DNA from: Octopus sinensis
Lineage: Eukaryota
Assembly (NCBI RefSeq): GCF_006345805.1
Contig: NC_043005.1
Location: 27,218,001-27,282,000 of the forward strand
DNA: 64,000 nt
Direction of reading: 5' to 3'
Shown here: one piece after another, positions 51,601 through 64,000 of the stretch
How positions within the stretch are numbered: the stretch's first letter is position 1
How the letters are laid out: every line of letters starts with the position of its first letter
The notes under the pieces: generated by a model
The model's database searches: none
What the model was told of the DNA's origin: nothing
Seen by the model: only the letters and a program-made list of their open reading frames with translations
Program-made: the position numbers and the translations under genes

Positions 51601-52110
51601 CCCAGATGCAGTACCAAGCAGTAGCTCCATGGCTTCTGATCTTAACTGATTGGAAGTGTTATCATGTACATTGTTTTGTCTTGGTATAAAAGATGGGCTA
51701 CAGCAAATATTCTGCTCAATACCACAGATTTGCTTGTCAGTTGTTTAACCTTAACCAGTTGAGCATGCCCCTTAGTGGCTGATGATATGTGCATCTCTGA
51801 TTACGAGCAGACGTAGTGGAGAAGCATCATAGCCATGTGTTGATAGGAATTCTTTGGGGTTTGGATAATTCCCGTTAGGAAGCATGGATGTTTCGTTCAA
51901 CGTCCTTAAACCACCCTTATTCAGTTGGGCCACACCTGCAAGGTCATGCGCTGTTTATCTTGATATGAGATCATCATGTTGCATACATATGGTTGTGATG
52001 CATGTACCTGGTCTACCCTTATCGGACGGGTAGTCATGATGGGTATACTGGTCTTCGTATATTTTACTCCAGTATCACTTTGATGGCATGTACTGCTCTC
52101 TCACTCAATA
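51601..52110. mobile_element. Dispersed repeat family D, second copy
   Basis: Aligns with 35996-36530; each copy has a different internal deletion. Confidence 0.8.
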
Positions 52111-52229
52111 ATAATATAATAATAATAATAATAATATAATAATAATAATAATAATAATGATATAATGATGATGATGATAATAAATAATAATAATATAATA
52201 ATAATAATAATAATAATATAATAATAATA

Positions 52230-52264
<35 letters not shown>

Positions 52265-53040
52265 GCAATGAACAGGTACTTATCTATAAGAGAGGACTAA
52301 ATACTTTGGCTTATGTTCCAACACGGAAGCAGCAAAAAATCACATTCAATTATCAAGGAAGCTTGCAAATTCGAAGGGAACTTGGTATTAATCCTGAATT
52401 AGATGAAGAACCTGAAACAGATCAAGAAGACTGCAAAAAGAACGAGCAGAAATAATTTGAGGTGTGGTGGCGACAGAAGCCTCTGTATGGACAGTTGAAA
52501 TGCTGATGTAGACCAAGCAACAACTCACCAGTGGCTGAGAAGTTCAGGTCTGAAAGCAGAGGCTGAAGGTTTCATACAAGCAGCACAAGATCAAAGCTGA
52601 CCAAAAATTACCAGGTTAACGGTCTTCAAAACGGTTCTGACCCTAAATGCAGATTCAGCGACAGATTTGACGAAACAATAGACCATCTCATTCCGGGATG
52701 TCCTGTGTTGATACAAAACGAATGCAAAAATCGACACGATAGGGTAGAGCGGTATTTACTTCGGAAAACATGTAAACATTATAAAATCAACACTCCTGCT
52801 TGCTGATATGAACATCGTCCTGAGCCAGTCGTTTGAAGGTAAAAATGTCATTATCCTCTAGGGTTTTCCAGTCAACACTAACAGAACGATCCAGGCTAAT
52901 CTAAAGAGAAGAAAATACTTGTAGACTAAGAGATGTAAGTGTTCTCACTGATACAAATATGTTTGTAAAGGAATTTGACAGACTAAATAAATATAGGAAC
53001 CTGAAAATTGAAATACAAAAGATGTAACATCTTAAAGAGA
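52265..53040 (+). mobile_element. R4/Dong-like LINE, 3' coding part
   Basis: HQWLRSSGLKAEAEGFIQAAQDQS, ETIDHLI.GCP, NRHDRV, then a decayed RLE; begins directly after an (AAT)n array. Confidence 0.85.
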
Positions 53041-53049
53041 GAGCTGTTC

Positions 53050-53885
53050 CAGTTATGGTGGTGCCATAATTTTGTTTATGTGTGTATTTTTGTTTGGTAT
53101 GAAGGGGTGGGAGAGCTTTCCTTGTTTCCCCCAAGGATGTTTAATGTCTTTGGTGTTGTTGCTGGTGGTTTTGCCGGTGCTGGTGATGTTTGTGGTTCTC
53201 GTCCCTGCCTAAGCAGCAGTGGAGGCCGTTGAGGGCAGCGAACTTTCAAACGAGTCATTTCATTACACGTTAAACAACGAGGCATTTTGCCCCTCAATCA
53301 TGATATGTATCACCGTCCCGTTCTGGAGACGGATGTTGTCCAGGATTTTTTATATGTTTTGGGGTCTGATCTGGAGAAGTATCTCCAAGTCAATCTCTGA
53401 TCAGTCCTCCCTGGAAATTCTTGTCGCCTCTATCGGGACAGTATCCTTCCCCTCCATGATTACGCATCCCAGAAGCCACCAAATATCAAATCCCGGTGGG
53501 ATTCTAGGAATGCGGACACTAGCTGTACGTTTCATTTCCCCATGTGGGAGGGGTACATGATGACTTTTCTGATTTTGCAAGGTATCGTTGAATGTTTCAT
53601 AGCGAGGGCTTCTGACTTAACAGCAACGAAATGATGCCGTATTGTTTGCCCCTCGCTATGTACTCGATGTTATTTCTGATGCACATCAGCGCCTCCTCAA
53701 TATCTACTTGGGCTATCAAAGCCGCACTTTTCGTGTCTGCTGAGATGCATCTGAAAAGCACCGTTCCACAACTTCAATTGCCTCTGATGGGATTGTCAGA
53801 TTTTCCCAATTGTTCTCTTGTGTTATTAGTTTCCATGCCGTGGAAGCATCTGCTCCCCATTTGTGAGGTCTACGGTAAAACGGTG
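53050..53885 (-). mobile_element. LINE ORF1 (gag-like) remnant, probably L1/Tx1
   Basis: PRCLTCNEMTRLKVRCP is a Cx2Cx4(H>R)x4C zinc knuckle, preceded by ILDNIRLQNGTVIHIMIEG and followed by a low-complexity P/T/K tail. Confidence 0.6.
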
Positions 53886-54133
53886 TTTGGTCTTCGCTGT
53901 TGCTGCGAAACTATTTTTGTAATTGCTATTGGAATTGTTCTCATTGTTGCTTTTATTGTTGTAGCTACTGTTGCTGCGGCTGCTGCTGCTGCCGTAGTTA
54001 TTGTCGTTGTTCTCATCGATGTTATTGGTATTGGTTTTGTTGCTGTTGCCGTTGTCACTTTTGCTCTCGTTGTTGTTGTTGCTAATGCTACTGCCTCTGC
54101 CGTTGCTGTCTTTTTCGTGGTTGTTATTGCTAT

Positions 54134-54200
<67 letters not shown>

Positions 54201-54459
54201 GCGGCTGCTGTCGCTGTTGCGTTTGCACTTGTCATTTCTACCGCTGTTAGTATTTCTTCTACTATTGCAGTTACTGTTACTGAACTTTGCACCATGACAG
54301 TCTTGTTTTTCTCCTGCATTGTTGGAAACCGCTGTGCAAAGGTTGGGAACCACTGCTGTATATTATTGACTGTATATATTCTTATTCATAACCACATTGT
54401 GTGTTGATACTTTTGTATGTGCGTACGTGTCTGTTTACATACATACATACATACATACA

Positions 54460-54875
54460 TACCGGTCCTTTGGATATATATAACACACTGCTCAAATGCC
54501 AATCTTCAGAGGTTAGGCTTCTCAAAGCTAATTCGAAGCTTACAGATCCAATCCATCACTGGAACTGTAAAACTCTGTAAAATTTTCATGGGGTTTATCA
54601 TTTGAATATTTATGAGCATGTCTACATATGCAAATATATGCATGAGAAGACATACATAAAATATATAAATCTGCACATACATATATACATACATACATAC
54701 ATAATACATACATGCATACATACATACATACATACATACATACATACATACATACATACATACATACATACCCACCCTGTTGTTGATGTCGAAATTCCAG
54801 TGAAGGAGCCTTCCATCTAGGTTAGAAACCGGTTCTTTCTCTATTGGCAATAAATCTTGAAATAAACTGAATAAT
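54460..54875 (+). mobile_element. 3' end of an R4/NeSL-like LINE split by (TACA)n
   Basis: NLQRLGFSKLIRSLQIQSITGTVKLCKIF*, similar to the C-terminus of the 17440-18560 element. Confidence 0.55.
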
Positions 54876-55288
54876 CACATACACACATACATACATACAT
54901 ATGCGACTTTGTGTATGTGTGTGCGTGTTTGTGTGTGCGTGTGTGTGTATGTGTATGCGTGCGTGCGTGTGTGTGTGTGTGTATGCGTGTGTGCGCGTGT
55001 GTACAGTGATGGATTCAAGGGTTTCGTTTATTTACGAAATGACTTTTTAATTCCATCGTTTTAGGCTTCTAATCCTCTTTAAGTCAAACACTTACGAAGC
55101 TTAATTCAGTTCAATTAAAAAACATGAGTAAGCAACACATTATAAGCCACACAATGATTTGCGAAAAGATTTATCTATGCGCAGGGTATGCACCGCCCCC
55201 GCCGATGCCTTTCTTATTAATTTCAATTTTGTGTTTTGTAATCTTGTTGATTTTAATGTTTATGTTATACTGGTGTATGTGCGTGTGT

Positions 55289-55350
<62 letters not shown>

Positions 55351-56119
55351 TGTGTGTGTGTGTGTGTGTGTGCGCGTGTGTGTGAATACTTCTGTTGACA
55401 AGCCACTTGTGACTTCAGGTCATTGACCGAACAAACAAAAACACATACCCCTCCTTTCTTTTAATCCGTGAACTGGCCGATGTGTGAGTATAAGTGCGTA
55501 AATCTGTGTGTGTGAGAGAGAGTGAGAGAGAGTGAGAGAGCGAGAGACAAAGTGAGAGAGAGTGGTGGGGAGTGAGTGCTTCTTGTTTTTCCACACCAGG
55601 TTTTTATTAAAAGAAGTTTCGTCTATTATTTTATTACAGGGAACGAAGTCCTTCATAAATGACCTCCACCCCACTTCACTTAGGTAGGAAGTGCATTCTT
55701 TGAGCTGGACAATTGTTGATAAACCTCTCAATGTATAACAAGCCCAAGAACACGTGAAGTGGTTGGGATAGTTGTTTTATTGGAGTTTAGCAGTTTCAGC
55801 TGGTGTTTAGATGATGTTTAGCATGTGATCAACTGGTGTTTAGATGGTGTTTAGTGACGGTGTTTAGCTATACACAATAAAATTAACGGTGAACAAGAGT
55901 GCGTTGTCGTAGACTTTATTTTGTTACATTCGGTTATATACAGTTAGGGGGAAAGCGATCGGCCAGCGCATGCTTCGGAAAAGTCCCGCTTAATCGGAAG
56001 TTCCCTTCATTAAAGACCAGTTCACTAGTTAGCTCGTAGTGAAGTTCCTCTCTATAGTTCATCTGTGATAAGTCCTTGGGCAGTGCCCTACAACGGTTTA
56101 TTGTTATTTTGCTTTCCGA

Positions 56120-56535
56120 AAGGAGCTGCGAGCTGGCAGGCAGAAGCGTTAACACGCCGGGCGAAATCCATAGCCGGGGTCGACTTTGCCTTTCATCCTT
56201 ACGGGGTCGATAAATCAAGTACCAGTTGCGTAGTGGTGTCGATCTAATCGACTGGCTCCCTCCCACAAAATTTCAGGCCTTCAGCCTAGAGTAGAAAGGA
56301 TTTCTATTTTGTTTTCCGAAAAAGGCGGCGAGCTGGCAGAATTGTTAGCACGCCGGGCGAAATGCTTAGCTGCATTTCGTCTGTCTTTATGTTCTGAGTT
56401 CAAATTTCGCCGTGGTTGACTTTGTCTTTCATTCTTTCAGGGTCGATAAATCAAGTACCAGTTGTGTACAGGGGGTCGATTTAATCGGCTGACCACCTCC
56501 CATCAATTTTCGGGCTTTGTGCCTAGAGTAGAAAA
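56120..56535 (+). mobile_element. Two tandem SINE family A copies
   Basis: The second copy (about 56322-56535) is flanked by the 22-bp direct repeat GATTTCTATTTTGTTTTCCGAA. Confidence 0.85.
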
Positions 56536-56948
56536 GATTTCTATTTTGTTTTCCGAATGCAGCCACGGCAATTCTATCAAATTGTTGTTCGTTGAGAAGA
56601 TTACTAAAAAAAAAATTTCAAATTTTTGCACATGGCCGGCAATTTTAGGGATGTGGCTAAGTCGATGACATCGATGGACACTCAAAAACTGTGTTTCTTT
56701 TATTCTTTTGCTTGTTTCAGTCATTTGACTGCGGCCATGCACGACACCGCCTTTAGTCGAACAAATCGATCCCACGACATATTCTTCGTAAGCTTAGTAC
56801 TTATTCTATTGGTCTGTTTTGCCGAACCGCTAAGTTACTGGGACGTGAGCACACCAGCATCGATTATCAAGCGATGATGGGGAGGACACACAATGACACA
56901 TACACAAATACACACACACACACACACATACACACATATATATGTAAA

Positions 56949-57490
56949 TACTCTTTACTCTTTTACTTATTTCAGTCATTTGACTGCGGCCATGCTGGAG
57001 CACCGCATTTAGTCGAGCAAATCGACTCCGGGACTTATTCTTCGTAAGCCTAGTACTTAGTATATCGGTCTCTTTTGCCGAACCGCTAAGTTACAGGGAA
57101 ATAAACACACCAGCATCGGTTGTTAAGCAATGCTAGGAGGACAAACATACACACACACTTATATATACATATATACGACGGGCTTTTTCAGTTTCCGTTT
57201 ACCAAATCCACTCACAAAGCTTTGGTCGGCTCGAGGCTATAGTAGTATACACTTGCCCAAGGTGTCACGCAGTGGGACCGAACCCGGAGCCATGTGGTTG
57301 GTAAGCAATCTACTTATCACACAGCCACTCCTGCGCCTTTTATACATATATACGACGGGCTTCTTTCAGTTTCTGGTTACCAAATCAACTCAAAGGCTTT
57401 GGTCGGCCCGAGGCTATAGTAGAAGACACTTGCCCAAGGTGCCACGCAGTGGGACTGAACCCGCAACCATGTGGTTGGGAAGCAAGCATT
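56949..57490 (-). mobile_element. SINE family B, full length plus duplicated 5' half
   Basis: 56949-57337 is complete; about 57340-57490 repeats the head region. Confidence 0.88.
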
Positions 57491-58436
57491 CACTTTTCAT
57501 TTCTTCCTTGATTTTTCGAGGGGACGATCTGATGAAAATTGCTTAATTTCGATCCTTTATAGGCATTCGAGATTACTGTCTGTTGTTTTACATGCTTCAG
57601 TTATTGGACTGCGGCCACGCGGGAGCACTGTCTTCATGTGTTGTAGCCGAATGCATCGACACCAGTCCTTGTTATTAAATTGGTCCCTTTTGCCGAACTG
57701 TTAAGTTACAAGGACGTAAACAATCTAACACCTGTTGGTGTGAGGAATAAACACAAACACAAACATATATGTGTGTATGCATGAGTATATATATATATAT
57801 ATATATATGCAAACATAAAAACATACAAATACACACACAAACACACATACATATATACATTTGTGTAACTTTGTCCGTTTTTTCGTCTTTGCTTTTGTAT
57901 ACATTCGTTGCTTTCTTCCAAGAAATCTAAAGCTTAGTTTTTCCTTGGGGCTACCCAAATTGGAGCAATCTCAAGAATAACCAGCCGAAATTGCGAGGAT
58001 AATCTGGTGCTTGACTGAGGATAGAGGGCTTCGAATGACCCGTCCTTGTTTTCTTTGTATCGTCTATCTGGATGTTTTGTTGTCGCTTTTTGTATCACCT
58101 AGCTGTCCGGATGTTTTGCGTTCTTGTCCCATTTTGTATTTTATATATATATATATATAGATATATATACATATACGCATACATACGTATACACACTGAA
58201 GACGGACCTCCTTCAGCTTCCGTCCTCCAAATTCCCCCACACGTATGCAATGCGCGCGCGCGTATGTGTATATATTCATGTATATATGTATGTATATGTG
58301 TGTGTAATTTTGTGTTTGTGTTCGCATTCATCATGCCACTTTATAACCAGAAGTTGTCTATTTACGTCCTCGTAACTTAGCGGTTCGGCAACAACTGATC
58401 GATAGAATAAGTGCCAGAGTTTAAAACTAAGTAAGA

Positions 58437-58812
58437 AGAGGGCCAGTCGATTATATCAACCCCAGTACGCATCTGGTACTTAATTTATCGACCCCGAAAG
58501 GATGAAAAGCAAAGTTGACCTCGGCGGAATTTGAACTCAGGACGTAGAGACAGACGAAATACCGCTAAATATTTCGCCCGGCGCGCTAACGATTCCGCCA
58601 GCTCACCACCTTTGTTGCTAAATTAATAATCTTTTCTACTCTAGGCACAAGGCCGAAATTCTGGGGGGAGGGGGCCAGTCGATTAGATCGACCTCAGTAC
58701 GCAACTGGTACTGAATTTATCGACCCCGAAAGGATGAAAGGGAAAGTCGACCTTGGCAGAATTTGAACTCAGAACGTATCGGCTGACGAAATACCGCTAA
58801 GCATTTCACGCC
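58437..58812 (-). mobile_element. Two tandem SINE family A copies
   Basis: The second copy is flanked by CTTTGTT(G/T)CTAAATTAATAAT direct repeats. Confidence 0.85.
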
Positions 58813-59008
58813 TTTGTTTCTAAATTAATAATGATGAAGAATGTGTCACAAAAACACACGCATACACACAAGCATTCACATTCCTCCTTTTTACGCGCAC
58901 ACACATATACTCACACAAAGTTGAAGCGCTGTTTTTATTTTTGTTTCACCGTCCTTTCTCATTCATATGTTGTGACGGAGAAATATACAAAATTATAGAA
59001 GATTATAA

Positions 59009-59240
59009 GGCGGCGAGCTGGCAGAAACGTTAGCACGTCAGGCGAAATGCTTAGTGGTAATTCGTCTGCCGTTAAATTCTGAGTTCAAATTTCGCCGATG
59101 TCGACTTTGCTTTTCATCCTTTCAGGGTAAATTAAATAAGTACCAGTTACGCACTGGGGTCGATTTAATCGAATTAATCCCTTTGTCTGTTCTTGTTTGT
59201 CCCGTCTATGTTTAGCCCCCGTTGGGCAATAAAGAAATAA
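59009..59240 (+). mobile_element. SINE family A, full length
   Basis: Same head, core and tail as 8228-8465. Confidence 0.88.
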
Positions 59241-60088
59241 TTATACTAGATTATTATAGTAGAAGCTACACGACGCTCTCTTTTCCACTTCCTCTCTCTC
59301 GTTCCTGTACTATCACTCCCTGACAGTCATGGCTATTACTCTCACTACTTCTCCTTCACTGAATTATTATTTTCTCTCCCCTTCCTTCACCATTCACTCC
59401 TACTGCGTGATTTTATATATATATATTCACAATTATATAAAAATACTACGCTCATTATTATATTAGGATGTATATATATATGTGTGTGTAATTAATTGAA
59501 TGTTTGTCCCCGTCACACCGCTTAGTGGTTCGGCAAAGGACCATAATAAATTAAGAGTTAAAAAGTGCTGGGTTCGATCTGTCCAACTAAAACACTTCAA
59601 AGCGGTGCCCCAGCATGGCCGCAGCCACACGACAGGAGCAAGTAAAAGATGAAAGATGAAAGTATCCCATGGGATTGTCTGAACAGGCATGCCTTTATCC
59701 CTATAATAATCCTGGACGGACTTAGGCCTAAATCAGAAACCATTGGACCGAGTTGGGACCTCGGAGTTAAGTAGTAGTACTACTACTACTACTAGTAGTA
59801 GTAGTAGTAGTGTGTGCGTGTGTGGAAAGTGAGATATATAAAGCGAGGTGCAGAGAGATGGCATAGCAAATTCAAGTGGAGAGCGGTTGTTCCATTCTAC
59901 GTATTTAACGAACGATGATTACAGCTATAACTACTATAATAACCAGGTCGTTCGACCTCCTGTTCGAAATAACAGCCAAATCTCTCTCAGCTCGAATCCT
60001 GCCGCCTTGAATAATGAAAGAATATGTCCCGGCTGGAAGGCTTTCGATTATAGATTTCCTCTATGAGGAAAAAAGAGAGGGGAAGAGA

Positions 60089-60132
<44 letters not shown>

Positions 60133-60202
60133 GGAGAAAGTGAGAGGAAGATAGACAGAGATAGATAGATACATACATACACAGACAGACAGACAGACAG
60201 AC

Positions 60203-60257
<55 letters not shown>

Positions 60258-60348
60258 GGGGGAGTGGAGTGAGAAGAGAGGGGAAGAAATAGGAAAAAGA
60301 GAGAGGAAGAGGAAAGAGAGACAGAGAGAGTGAGGAGAGAGAGAAAGG

Positions 60349-60387
<39 letters not shown>

Positions 60388-61152
60388 TTAGATAGATAGA
60401 TAGATAGATAGACAGATAGACAGATAGATAGATAGATAAAGATAGATAGAGAGGGAGCGAGAGAGTGGGGAAGTGGGAGGGATGGGGAGGGATGTCAATA
60501 GAACGGTGTTGTTGTCGAGATGGTTGTCAAAGGTATGAGAACAGTGTGCGGGGATTCGAAACCGGACCTGTAAAATCACGAAGCAGCAAAATTTATAAAG
60601 TGAGGTTGCGGGGCGAGTAGAGGTGATGGTGGTGGTGGTGGTGGTGGGGAACAACTTGGTAGTGGGGTGATGGAGGTGGGGAAGATGGTAATGGTAAGGA
60701 GGATGGTGTAAGGGGAGTGGAGTGATGGTGGTGGTGGTGGTGGTGGGGGATGGTAGGGATGGTGGTGATGGTATTATTAGTGATTGTCGCGTTGATGGTG
60801 GCAGGGAAGATGGTTGTGGTGACGGTGGCTGTGTTATTGTTGTTGCTGTGGTGGTAGTTGTGGTGGTGGTGGTGGTGGTGGTGGTGATGGCGTCAGTAGT
60901 GACAAAAGTGATGGTTGATACGATGATGATTATGGCGGTATGGCGACGGTAATGGTGGTGAGACGGGTGGGATGACAATATTTGATTTTTCGATGGAGGT
61001 GGTGGTGATGATGGTGGTGATGATGATGATGGTAGTAGCTGTGGAGGTGATAATGCTAAAAAGCAATAAATGAATTAAAAAAAACTAGGTGTGTATGAAT
61101 GTATGTTTTAGTGTGTCTGCATAAATATATATGTATACATACATACATACAT

Positions 61153-61207
<55 letters not shown>

Positions 61208-61421
61208 CTTGCATTCGTACATGTGCGTGTGTCAGGTGTGTGTGTGTGCGCGCAAGTCAGTGTATGTGCGTGTGTGCATGATTATATATATACACACGTG
61301 TGCATATATATACATATATATATGTGTATGTATGTATGTATGTATGTATGTATGCATGTATGTATGTATATATATGTATGTATGTATGTATGCATGTATG
61401 TATGTATTATATAGATATAAT

Positions 61422-61495
<74 letters not shown>

Positions 61496-62322
61496 CACAA
61501 CACACACATATATATATACACACATATATATATAGTATATATATATATATATATATACATGTGTGTGTGTGTGCATGATTATATATATATATATATATAT
61601 ATATATGGCGGTATATAAGTGAATATGTGTATACGTGTGAGTGTTTGTGGGTCGAGTGACTTGCCGAAGCTGTTAGTTCTCATTAAGAAGAGACACACCA
61701 AGCCAACAGCAATCATACCAATGAGATTTTGATTTCGACTAAGCGGTGCTAATAAGTACACATGTTTGGATTAGTAGCTGGGTCACGTGGGCTGGGTGTG
61801 GCTAATGAACGTGTGTTTGTGTTTGTGGTGGTGGTGTGGTGGTGGTGAGCCGGGGAGGAGCGGCGATTGAATTAGTTTTATCTCGGAGGGGATGAAAATT
61901 GAAGGAAGACAATCACGGCGAAGTCAGTAATTAACTTCCAACAACACTAGCAACGTTATTACTACAACAGCAACAGCAACAACAACAGCAACAACAGCAA
62001 CAACAACAACAACAGCAACGATTACGAAAGAAACGAAATTAACAGCAATAACAGAGATATATACCAACAATAACAATTACACGAACAACATCAACGTTTT
62101 CATTGCCATTATCATTATTGATGTCGTCGTCGCCTTCTTCTTCTTCCTCCTCCTTCTCTTCCTCTTCCTCTTCCCCTTTTCCTTCTTTCCCCTCTTCTTC
62201 AATCCACCCCTTCTCCATTTCCTCCCCGCCTCCACTCTCTCTTTTGCGTCCTCCTCCTTCCTTTTCCTCCTCCTCCTTTAATCATTCCTCCCCTCCCTTC
62301 TCCTCCTCTTCTTCTTCCTTCT

Positions 62323-62357
<35 letters not shown>

Positions 62358-62469
62358 TTTCTCCTCCTCATCATCGTCATCATTATCATCATCATCTTCA
62401 TCATCATCATCATCGTCATCATCATCATTATCCTCCTCCTCCTCCTCCTCCATCCTCTGCCCCCCCCAT

Positions 62470-62800
62470 CATCATCATCAGTCATCACAGCTAAGACTGT
62501 CCATGGCTTTGGCGTCACTTGATGAGCTTTCTCCATACTGGTCGGCATCTTCGTCTTGTGGTTGCCATTTATTATGGATCAATTCCTTTCCACTTCATCC
62601 TCTTTTTTGCAGCATCTTTGAATCTCAGTCTACATCTTCCATGGTTTCTTTTTCTCTTTACATAGTTGGGAGTAAAGGAGTTGTTTGGTCAGTTTGCTGT
62701 TGTCCATCCTCTGGACGTGGCCCATCCAACGTAAGTTTCTATCAGAAAAGAAAATTTCCATCGTAAGCGGCAGACCAGCATGACAACAGACATAACGTCA
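62470..62800 (-). mobile_element. RTE-clade LINE, 3' coding end
   Basis: LRWMGHVQRMDNSKLTKQLL...KRNHGRCRLRFKDAAK. Confidence 0.85.
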
Positions 62801-63179
62801 ACAAGCACATAAACACCACCACCACCACAACTACCACCACCACTATCACCACAACCTCCACCACTGCCACCACCACCACCACTATCACTGCAACCTCCAC
62901 AATGCCACCACCACCACCACCACCGCCCCTACCACCACCACCATCATCACCACTACCATTACAACCACCACCAACACACCATCAGCACCGGCACCGGCAC
63001 CGCCGCCGCCACTACCACCATCACCACCACCACCACCACCACCACCACCGCCGCCACTGCCATCACAACCACCACCATCATCATTAACAATTAACAGCGA
63101 ATATCCTGACAGAACAACCACAATAAGTTAAACAACTACAACAACAACAACAACGAAACCACATCAGCAGCAACAATCA

Positions 63180-63238
<59 letters not shown>

Positions 63239-63334
63239 AATAAAAAGAACGATAACAACAATATTGATGTAAAAACGATTAACGCATGAGATACATAATA
63301 AAAATAACAAAATGTTAAAATAATGAAGGAAATT

Positions 63335-64000
63335 GTTGTACACAGTGCTCAGGTGCACTACAAAAACAAAAAAACAAAAAACAACAACAAAAAACAAAGA
63401 AACAAAAAGACCATCAGGTGTACTGTTGGCAGATTTCAGGAAGCATGGAAGTTTTGAAGGACGTAGTGTCTTGACAGCTAATGACTGATGCAGGTAGTTT
63501 ATTCCATGCTTCAGCAATTCTGAGAATGAAAAAAAATGTTTCCGAAAGACATGGGTGCTGTGTTGTTGTTTTGATTTTATAAGCATATCTGCGAGTGTTT
63601 GTCATATGGAATTCAAAAAGGTTCCCAAGGTTGTTGTTGGAAAGATGGTGGATAATCTTATGGGCGTCAACCTAAGTCAGTTGCCAGACATCTGAGCTTC
63701 AATGTATCCATGCCCAGGGAAGCAACACATTCAGAGTATGGTAAGATGTCTGACGGTGGGTATTCCTTTTGTTGCACGTTTCTGAACAGTTTCCTGGAGA
63801 GTTATATACTGAGCAAGATTGGGGTTCCAGACTGGCGATGCAAATTCCAAGTGTGGATGGACCATTGTCGTATACAATTTTAAATAGGTAGCTGGAGGGC
63901 GGCTGATAAAGGTCTTACTGAGTGATGCTTGCACCCCCTCAGCCTTCTTTACAGTCTTAGAGATGTGGTTTGTCCAACGCAGATCGTTGTTTACAATAAT
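63335..64000 (-). mobile_element. CR1/L2-group LINE 3' part, same family as 45126-46810, runs off the window
   Basis: VHPHLEFASPVWNPN, QKRATKGIP, WNKLPASVISC, LPEICQQYT*. Confidence 0.9.

Noticed and set aside
57520-57560. CTGATGA followed by an AAATT/AATTT hairpin
   Set aside because: No GAAA core or cleavage site follows.
59848-60066. 72-aa ORF after a TATA-like motif
   Set aside because: GTG start, no recognisable domain, and part of it looks like a dispersed repeat fragment.

Overview
This is an AT-rich, microsatellite-saturated eukaryotic window, intergenic or from a large intron, with one 100-N assembly gap at 12062-12161. The repeat families look like those I recall from octopus (coleoid cephalopod) genomes; that is an inference I cannot verify here. 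I can support no intact host protein-coding gene. Nearly all ORFs in the supplied track are translations of (TA)n, (TG)n, (TATG)n or (AAT)n tracts, or of decayed transposons. Recognisable content: a near full-length mariner pseudogene, a Tc1 fragment, a Gypsy pol remnant with a CR1-type LINE and a SINE nested in it, many R4/Dong-like, L1/Tx1, RTE and CR1 LINE fragments, and a split Penelope RT. It also has Helitrons, piggyBac/hAT/mariner MITEs and several tRNA-derived SINE families. The most notable unannotated signal is about ten minimal type I hammerhead ribozyme motifs from at least five unrelated sequence families. Each intact motif has a palindromic helix III, implying dimer-dependent folding, and three sit in divergent inverted pairs. 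One forms the tail of a tRNA-headed SINE-like element, and one family carries a shared CUGUUGA core variant. Repeat boundaries were read by eye and are approximate.
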